A stretch of 21,248 bases of DNA, taken from positions 1-21,248 of IMG/VR virus record IMGVR_UViG_2563366853_000009, one strand, 5' to 3'. Both the position numbers and the translations under genes were made by a program. Numbering within the stretch: the first letter of the stretch is position 1; each line of letters begins with the position of its first letter. The DNA comes from a virus (lineage: Duplodnaviria > Heunggongvirae > Uroviricota > Caudoviricetes). This document shows, piece by piece, positions 15,177 through 21,248 of the stretch. Under the pieces are notes generated by a model, which worked only from the letters and a program-made list of their open reading frames with translations, was not told the DNA's origin and made no database searches.

Positions 15177-17849
15177 ATGAGCACCGATAAACAAGTTTAC
15201 CCACTGTATTACGAAGCAAAAAATGACAAAGTAAGAAAACGTCTCGGTATTAAAGGCGGTTTCTACTGGGCTGAAGCGAAAAAATTATCCATTGCCATAT
15301 CCCGTGGTGCTGTTGCGATTGACGATGCTGGCTACGATGAAGATGACTTTAAAAAACCTGTTCGCGTCAATTTGCCCGTTGTTGATGACCTTCCACCAGA
15401 GGGCGTATTTGATACGGAATTCTGCAACCGTTACGAAAAAGGCGGGGAAGATGGCATCACAATGGTATTTATCGCGCCCTCATCCTCTGCGCAGGACAAA
15501 CCAGCCAGCACTGACAATACCAATGTTAATGGCGAAGACATGACGGAGATTGAGGAGAATATGCTACTCCCGATTTCCGGTCAGGAGCTGCCCATTCGCT
15601 GGCTTGCTCAACACGGCAGCGAAAAACCGGTAACGCACGTTTCACGCGACGAACTCCAGGCATTACACATTGCACGGGCTGAAGAACTACCAGCTGTTAC
15701 TGCCCTAGCTGTTTCCCACAAAACCAGCCTGCTCGACCCGCTGGAAATTCGCGATCTCCACAAACTGGTGCGTGATACTGACAGAGTTTTCCCTAATCCA
15801 GGCAATTCAGACCTGGGACTAATAACTGCTTTTTTCGAAGCATACCTGGACGCTGACTACACTGATCGGGGTCTGCTGACAAAAGAGTGGATGAAAGGAA
15901 ATCGTGTTTCACGCATCACCCGCACGGCTTCCGGTGCTAATGCTGGCGGTGGGAACAAAACCGATCGCAATCCGAATTTAGTACACACCCTCGACACACT
16001 GGATGTGGAGATTGCAGCAGCCACACTTCCGATGGATTTTAATATTTATGAAATTCCGGGCAGCGTTTATCGTCGCGCAAAAGAAGTAGTCCTGAAAAAA
16101 GAAAGTCCGTTCAAAGAATGGTCCGCAGCACTTCGTGCAACCCCGGGTATTCTGGACTATTCCCGCGCCGCTATTTTTGCACTTATCCGAAGCGCACACC
16201 CTGAATTTTATCACTACCCGGGACGCCTTCAGGGGTATATCAACGCCTATTTGACGGAAACTGATCACGAGAACCCCAGCAAGGAAACTCTCACAGCTGC
16301 CCGGCATACGCCGGAAAAAGATATCCTGGAAGAAATTAACCGCGAGGTGGTTACTGAGCGTGAAACAGAAGAAGAAAAACCACAACCATCTGACGCAATG
16401 GCAGGTGAACAGGTAACAACTGAAACAATGGAACCGGATACAACTGAACATTGCCAGAACGCGCAGTCGCTGGATGCTCAGTCGCAGGTGAGTTCCGCTA
16501 ACCAAGTAAAAGTCACCGCTGACGAAGTAAACAAAATTATGCAGGCAGCCAATATCAGCCAGCCTGACGCCGATAAGTTACTTGCTGTATCGCGTGGTGA
16601 ATTTGTTGAGGGGATTAGCGACCCTAATGATCCGAAATGGGTCAAGGGGATCCAGACTCGCGATTCTGTGAACCAGAACCAGCATGAATCGGAACGGAAC
16701 GACCAGAAAGCGGAACAAAACAGCCCAAATACGCAACAAAACGAGCCAGAAACGAAACAACCTGAACCAGTAGTGCAACAGGAACCGGAAAAAGTCTGTG
16801 CCGCCTGCGGTCAGAGCGGTGGCGGCAACTGCCCTGATTGTGGCGCGGTGATGGGCGACACCACGTATCTGGAAACCTTTAATGAAGAAAATCTGGATGA
16901 ATCTCAGGAAAAAGATCCGGAGGAAATGGAAGGCCCTGAACATCCGCACAACGAGAATGCTGGCAGCGATCCGCATCGCGATTGCAATGATGAAACTGGC
17001 GAAGTCGCAGATCCCGTAATCGCAGGAGACATAGAGCCTGGTATTTATTACGGAATTTCGAATGAGAATTACCACGCGGGTCCCGGTGTCAGTAAGTCTC
17101 AGCTCGACGACATTGCTGATACTCCGGCTCTGTATTTGTGGCGTAAAAATGCCCCCGTGGACACTACAAAGACAAAAACGCTCGATTTAGGAACCGCTTT
17201 CCACTGCCGGGTACTTGAACCGGAAGAATTCAGTAACCGCTTTATCGTAGCACCTGAATTTAACCGCCGTACAAACGCCGGAAAAGAAGAAGAGAAAGCG
17301 TTTCTGATGGAATGCGCAAGCACAGGAAAAACGGTTATCACTGCGGAAGAAGGCCGGAAAATTGAACTCATGTATCAAAGCGTTATGGCTTTGCCGCTGG
17401 GGCAATGGCTTGTTGAAAGCGCCGGACACGCTGAATCATCAATTTACTGGGAAGATCCGGAAACAGGAATTTTGTGTCGGTGCCGTCCGGACAAAATTAT
17501 TCCTGAATTTCACTGGATCATGGACGTGAAAACCACAGCGGATATTCAACGATTCAAAACGGCTTATTACGACTACCGCTATCACGTTCAGGATGCATTC
17601 TACAGTGACGGTTATGAAGCACAGTTTGGTGTGCAGCCAACTTTCGTTTTTCTGGTTGCCAGCACAACTGTTGAATGCGGACGTTATCCGGTTGAGATTT
17701 TCATGATGGGCGAAGAAGCAAAACTGGCAGGCCAGCAGGAATATCACCGCAATCTGCGGACCCTGGCTGACTGCCTAAATACCGATGAATGGCCAGCTAT
17801 TAAGACGTTATCACTGCCCCGCTGGGCTAAGGAGTATGCAAATGACTAA
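15177..17849 (+). CDS. recE: Exodeoxyribonuclease VIII (RecE)
   Basis: 890 aa; central and C-terminal nuclease regions closely match recalled K-12 RecE; N-terminus diverges. Confidence 0.9.
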   Translation: MSTDKQVYPLYYEAKNDKVRKRLGIKGGFYWAEAKKLSIAISRGAVAIDDAGYDEDDFKKPVRVNLPVVDDLPPEGVFDTEFCNRYEKGGEDGITMVFIAPSSSAQDKPASTDNTNVNGEDMTEIEENMLLPISGQELPIRWLAQHGSEKPVTHVSRDELQALHIARAEELPAVTALAVSHKTSLLDPLEIRDLHKLVRDTDRVFPNPGNSDLGLITAFFEAYLDADYTDRGLLTKEWMKGNRVSRITRTASGANAGGGNKTDRNPNLVHTLDTLDVEIAAATLPMDFNIYEIPGSVYRRAKEVVLKKESPFKEWSAALRATPGILDYSRAAIFALIRSAHPEFYHYPGRLQGYINAYLTETDHENPSKETLTAARHTPEKDILEEINREVVTERETEEEKPQPSDAMAGEQVTTETMEPDTTEHCQNAQSLDAQSQVSSANQVKVTADEVNKIMQAANISQPDADKLLAVSRGEFVEGISDPNDPKWVKGIQTRDSVNQNQHESERNDQKAEQNSPNTQQNEPETKQPEPVVQQEPEKVCAACGQSGGGNCPDCGAVMGDTTYLETFNEENLDESQEKDPEEMEGPEHPHNENAGSDPHRDCNDETGEVADPVIAGDIEPGIYYGISNENYHAGPGVSKSQLDDIADTPALYLWRKNAPVDTTKTKTLDLGTAFHCRVLEPEEFSNRFIVAPEFNRRTNAGKEEEKAFLMECASTGKTVITAEEGRKIELMYQSVMALPLGQWLVESAGHAESSIYWEDPETGILCRCRPDKIIPEFHWIMDVKTTADIQRFKTAYYDYRYHVQDAFYSDGYEAQFGVQPTFVFLVASTTVECGRYPVEIFMMGEEAKLAGQQEYHRNLRTLADCLNTDEWPAIKTLSLPRWAKEYAND

Positions 17850-18651
17850 GCAACCACCTATCGCAAAAGCCGATCTGCAAAAAACCCAGGGAAACCGTGC
17901 ACCAGCAGCAGTAAAAAATAACGACGTGATCAGCTTTATTAATCAGCCATCAATGAAAGAGCAACTGGCAGCAGCTCTCCCACGCCATATGACGGCTGAA
18001 CGAATGATACGTATCGCCACCACAGAAATTCGTAAGGTTCCGGCGCTAGGAAACTGTGACACCATGAGTTTTGTCAGTGCGATCGTTCAGTGTTCACAGC
18101 TCGGCCTTGAGCCAGGTAGCGCCCTCGGCCACGCATATTTACTGCCTTTTGGTAATAAAAACGAAAAGAGCGGTAAAAAGAACGTTCAGCTAATCATTGG
18201 TTATCGCGGCATGATTGATCTGGCTCGCCGTTCTGGTCAAATCGCCAGCCTGTCAGCCCGTGTTGTCCGTGAAGGTGACGAGTTTAGTTTTGAATTTGGC
18301 CTTGATGAAAAGTTAATACACCGCCCGGGAGAAAACGAAGATGCACCAGTGACCCACGTCTATGCTGTCGCAAGACTGAAAGACGGAGGGACTCAGTTTG
18401 AAGTTATGACACGCAAACAGATTGAACTGGTGCGCAGCCAGAGTAAGGCTGGTAATAACGGGCCATGGGTAACTCACTGGGAAGAAATGGCAAAAAAAAC
18501 GGCTATTCGTCGCCTGTTTAAATACCTGCCTGTCTCAATTGAAATCCAGCGTGCAGTATCAATGGATGAAAAGGAACCACTGACAATCGATCCGGCAGAC
18601 TCCTCTGTATTAACCGGGGAATACAGTGTAATCGATAATTCAGAAGAATAA
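17842..18651 (+). CDS. recT: RecT single-strand annealing protein
   Basis: 269 aa from [13 protein letters not shown]; start overlaps recE stop (ATGACTAA); near-identical to recalled K-12 RecT. Confidence 0.9.
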   Translation: MTKQPPIAKADLQKTQGNRAPAAVKNNDVISFINQPSMKEQLAAALPRHMTAERMIRIATTEIRKVPALGNCDTMSFVSAIVQCSQLGLEPGSALGHAYLLPFGNKNEKSGKKNVQLIIGYRGMIDLARRSGQIASLSARVVREGDEFSFEFGLDEKLIHRPGENEDAPVTHVYAVARLKDGGTQFEVMTRKQIELVRSQSKAGNNGPWVTHWEEMAKKTAIRRLFKYLPVSIEIQRAVSMDEKEPLTIDPADSSVLTGEYSVIDNSEE

Positions 18652-18707
18652 TTCAGCCTGGCGGTGTAATACACCGCCAACGTGAGACAGTTTTTATGAC
18701 AAAAATT

Positions 18708-18902
18708 ATGAGATATGACGATGTTAAACCATGTCCGTTTTGTGGTTGTCCATCAGTAACGGTGAAAGCCATTTCAGGATATTACCGCGCAAAGTGTAAC
18801 GGATGCGAATCCCGAACCGGCTATAGTGGAAGTGAAAAAGAAGCACTCGAAAGATGGAATAAACGAACTACTGGAAATAATAATGGAGGTGTTCATGTAT
18901 AA
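18708..18902 (+). CDS. ralR: RalR (Lar) restriction-alleviation protein / type I toxin
   Basis: 64 aa MRYDDVKPCPFCGCPSVTVKAISGYYRAKCNGCESRTGY...; alternative start at 18696. Confidence 0.8.
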   Translation: MRYDDVKPCPFCGCPSVTVKAISGYYRAKCNGCESRTGYSGSEKEALERWNKRTTGNNNGGVHV

Positions 18903-19044
18903 AATTACTGCCACTATTGAAAAGGAAGGTGGCACTCCTACTAACTGGACAAGATATTCAAAATCTAAATTAACGAAATCAGAATGCGAAAAAAAATGCT
19001 CTCAGGGAAAAAAGAAGCAGGCGTTTCCAGAGAGCAGAAAGTAA
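18895..19044 (+). CDS. ydaC: YdaC-like small protein
   Basis: ATG at 18895 with GGAGGTG RBS; MYKITATIEKEGGTPTNWTRY...; overlaps ralR end. Confidence 0.5.
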   Translation: MYKITATIEKEGGTPTNWTRYSKSKLTKSECEKKCSQGKKKQAFPESRK

Positions 19045-19140
19045 AGCTGATAAATTTTAATTGCGAGAAACTTCTGTCCTCGTGAGTTGCATTATATACA
19101 AATTAGAACTTCATAGCTGATTATTAAAAATCAACCACAT

Positions 19141-19169
19141 CCGCCAGTATTCTGTATATTTACTGGCGG
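19141..19169. promoter_or_regulatory. Perfect 9-bp hairpin upstream of xis
   Basis: CCGCCAGTA-N11-TACTGGCGG, 17-23 nt upstream of xis start; no U-tract. Confidence 0.4.
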
Positions 19170-19191
19170 TCATATCATAAGAGGTATGGCA

Positions 19192-19473
19192 ATGAATCTT
19201 GTGACACTCAAAACGTGGGGAAAACTCAGATATCCGGATAACCCACCATCAATATCAACGCTGAGACGATGGGCAAGGAATGGAAACATTTATCCTGCAC
19301 CTGAACTACACGGGAGGAGTTACAGGGTGGTTCCGGAGGCTTTCTATATCAACCCAAATAAGGTTGATACCGATATAACACACCATCAGCCTAATGGGCG
19401 ACAAGGGAGAGACAGTCCATTACTGGAGAAGTTAAAACATGCAGCGGAAAAAATACGATCCCAATTTGCCTAA
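19192..19473 (+). CDS. xis: Excisionase-like protein
   Basis: Small basic ORF directly upstream of and overlapping int; AAGAGG RBS 7 nt before ATG at 19192. Confidence 0.6.
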   Translation: MNLVTLKTWGKLRYPDNPPSISTLRRWARNGNIYPAPELHGRSYRVVPEAFYINPNKVDTDITHHQPNGRQGRDSPLLEKLKHAAEKIRSQFA

Positions 19474-20515
19474 AAACTTAACATATCGAAGGAGGGACAA
19501 AGCATATTACTGGCGCAACCCTCTGACGAAAGAAGAATTTACACTAGGTAAAATTTCAAGAAGAGATGCAGTAGCGCAGGCAATTGAAGCAAATCATTAT
19601 ATATACAAAAACTACTCTCCTGCTGCCTTAATTGAAAAGCTTAAAGGGTTCGACTCATTTACTATGGCAGACTGGATTGAACGTTACAAAACGATTCTTA
19701 TAAGGAGAAAAGTGTCCAGAAATACTTATAAAATTCGGGTAAATCAACTGGAGACAATAAAAGAAAAATTGGGAGGGATTTTACTGACAGAAATAACAAC
19801 TCGCCATATTGCCGAGTTTCTTGATTTGTGGATTGAAGGAGGGAAAAACACAATGGCAGGATCAATGCGTTCTGTGTTGTCTGATATGTTTCGCGAGGCC
19901 ATTGTTGAAGGACGTATATCTCAAAATCCAGTAACGCCAACAAGAGCACCGAAAATAGTAGTTACAAGAGAACGACTGAAACTAAAGACATACAACTGCA
20001 TCAGGGAGGCAGCAGATCAACTTCCGGCATGGTTCCCATTAGCTATGGATTTAGCCCTTGTAACAGGACAACGTCGCGAAGACATAACGAATATGCGGTT
20101 CAGTGATATTTATGACGATCGTCTCCACATCAGGCAAATTAAGACAGGAATGATGATTGCTATCCCCCTGTCACTCAGCCTTCCTGTCGCTGGTCTACGG
20201 CTTGGTACAGTAGTTGAACAGTGCCGCCTGGTAAGCCGGGGAGATTATCTAATCAGTGCCGGGATTAGAAAAAACAGCCCTGACGGCAGCATTCACCCGG
20301 ATGGCCTGACAAAAAAATTTGTCGCAGCCAGAAAATTAACAGATATCCAGTTCAGTGAAAACCCACCAACTTTTCACGAGATCAGAAGTCTGGCTGGACG
20401 ATTGTACAAAGAAACATGTGGAGAAGAATTTGCTCAGCGTCTACTTGGCCACACATCGGAGAAGACAACAAAAATGTATCTTGATGAGAGAGAAAAAACG
20501 TACTTACTGCTCTGA
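19439..20515 (+). CDS. int: Tyrosine integrase, lambda Int family
   Basis: 358 aa; C-terminal catalytic region [11 protein letters not shown]...LLGH...MYLD parallels lambda Int as recalled. Confidence 0.85.
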   Translation: MQRKKYDPNLPKNLTYRRRDKAYYWRNPLTKEEFTLGKISRRDAVAQAIEANHYIYKNYSPAALIEKLKGFDSFTMADWIERYKTILIRRKVSRNTYKIRVNQLETIKEKLGGILLTEITTRHIAEFLDLWIEGGKNTMAGSMRSVLSDMFREAIVEGRISQNPVTPTRAPKIVVTRERLKLKTYNCIREAADQLPAWFPLAMDLALVTGQRREDITNMRFSDIYDDRLHIRQIKTGMMIAIPLSLSLPVAGLRLGTVVEQCRLVSRGDYLISAGIRKNSPDGSIHPDGLTKKFVAARKLTDIQFSENPPTFHEIRSLAGRLYKETCGEEFAQRLLGHTSEKTTKMYLDEREKTYLLL

Positions 20516-20562
20516 TTTTAACGTAAATGGATTGTTAAATGTATTTTGGTTGTGATATAACC

Positions 20563-20611
20563 AAAAAAGACCGGAATACAGAAATTCGAGTAAATTTCGG
20601 GGAATTTCGGG
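20563..20611. repeat. att-proximal repeats: partial copy of SdsR terminator 3' half plus tandem AATTTCGGG motifs (candidate core/arm sites)
   Basis: AAAAAAGACCGGAATACA at 20563-20580 resembles 20647-20663; AAATTTCGGGGAATTTCGGG at 20592-20611. Confidence 0.4.
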
Positions 20612-20646
20612 AAAACGTTTGCAACTGATTGATTTTAAATACAATT

Positions 20647-20749
20647 AAAAAAAGACCGAATACGATTCCTGTATTCGGTCCAGGGAAATGGCTCTTGGGA
20701 GAGAGCCGTGCGCTAAAAGTTGGCATTAATGCAGGCTTAGTTGCCTTGC
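20647..20749 (-). ncRNA. sdsR: SdsR (RyeB) small RNA with its intrinsic terminator
   Basis: Minus-strand GCAAGGCAACUAAGCCUGCAUUAAUGCC...GACCGAAUACAGGAAUCGUAUUCGGUC-U7 matches recalled SdsR; CTATTCT sigmaS-type -10 just upstream. Confidence 0.6.
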
Positions 20750-20835
20750 TCTTTAAGAATAGATGACGACGCCAGGTTTTCCAGTTTGCGTGCAAAATGG
20801 TCAATAAAAAGCGTGGTGGTCATCAGCTTAAATGT

Positions 20836-20878
20836 TAAAAACCGCCCGTTCTGGTGAAAGAACTGAGGCGGTTTTTTA
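20836..20878. terminator. Bidirectional rho-independent terminator downstream of yebY
   Basis: A-run, AACCGCC...GGCGGTT interrupted stem, T-run. Confidence 0.6.
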
Positions 20879-20906
20879 TTGGAAATCAAAAGGCTATTTT
20901 AGGTAA

Positions 20907-21248
20907 TTAACAGAGTTTTTCAGCTCGCTCTATAAACGGTGCCAGACTCATTTTTTCGCCGGGATTGTTAGGATCATCAATCTGAATCACCGAAATGGGT
21001 TGGGCTTTAGTCTTCCCACTGGCAACTTCCTTTTGTGCGATATCGTTTAAAGGATACTGCACGAGAGTACTTGGGTTAATGACATACAAAGCATTACCCG
21101 GTCGGCAAGTCAGCATCACCTCTTCGCGATTAAACGCCCATTTGTCTTTACCTACTTCAAAACGGCTGACGGTAATCACCTGCGGTGCCGCCAGCGCAGC
21201 TGCAGAACTGGTGAGTAACAGAAACGCCAGAATACTTTTTTTCATCAT
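20907..21248 (-). CDS. yebY: YebY-like periplasmic DUF2511 protein (host gene)
   Basis: 113 aa with signal peptide [20 protein letters not shown]; matches recalled E. coli YebY; start codon at window edge. Confidence 0.75.
   Translation of the reverse strand: MMKKSILAFLLLTSSAAALAAPQVITVSRFEVGKDKWAFNREEVMLTCRPGNALYVINPSTLVQYPLNDIAQKEVASGKTKAQPISVIQIDDPNNPGEKMSLAPFIERAEKLC

Larger units (their letters stand above)
1..20646. mobile_element. Lambdoid (Rac-like) prophage, partial; integrase-proximal end near 20520-20650, other end beyond window start
   Basis: Ordered int-xis, recET, repressor/cro, O/P with iterons, Q, S-R-Rz, terS modules; host genes (SdsR, yebY) begin right of 20647. Confidence 0.85.

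Noticed and set aside
15292-17747. Multiple track ORFs inside or antisense to recE (15292..15543 +, 15608..15805 -, 15978..16505 -, 16578..17075 -, 17099..17371 -, 17187..17429 -, 17439..17747 -)
   Set aside because: All lie within the well-supported 890-aa recE frame; their translations are low-complexity and repetitive (Phe/Arg/Cys-rich), typical of shadow ORFs.
1-20646. Calling this the E. coli K-12 Rac prophage itself
   Set aside because: Although recE/recT/ralR/kilR/racC match Rac closely, the junction is at the sdsR-yebY locus, not ttcA, and the element has an intact lambda-type lysis cassette and O/P replication genes, so it is a related but distinct prophage.
20355-20804. ORFs 20355..20555 (+) and 20535..20804 (-)
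   Set aside because: The first is an out-of-frame overlap of the int 3' end and att region; the second spans the att repeats and the SdsR gene.

Overview
This window is the integrase-proximal two thirds of a lambdoid, Rac-like prophage lying next to the host sdsR/yebY locus; the prophage continues past position 1. All calls are from reading the sequence and ORF track by eye, with no database search run. From right to left it holds: host yebY, a bidirectional terminator and the SdsR small RNA (20647-21248); the att/arm region and int-xis (19192-20646); the early-left recombination module ydaC-ralR-recT-recE-racC-ydaE-kilR (14335-19044); a 515-bp ORF-free structured spacer; an immunity region with a non-cleavable HTH repressor divergent from cro-like and ydaT-like genes (12120-13241); O-like and P-like replication genes with CGTGAC iterons inside O; a run of small minus-strand early genes; a hok-type toxin locus; a nin-like block ending in a Q-like antiterminator with a promoter-terminator pair; a 1.7-kb cargo insertion between Q and the lysis genes; the S(dual-start)-R-Rz/Rz1 lysis cassette; a moron; and the small terminase subunit. 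The best candidates for an undescribed system are (i) the cargo locus between the Q-dependent late promoter and the holin, (ii) the lysogeny-side module downstream of the repressor plus the ORF-free spacer, (iii) the codon-phased antisense ORF pair between ydaT and O, and (iv) the morons flanking the lysis cassette. None can be assigned a function from sequence alone.
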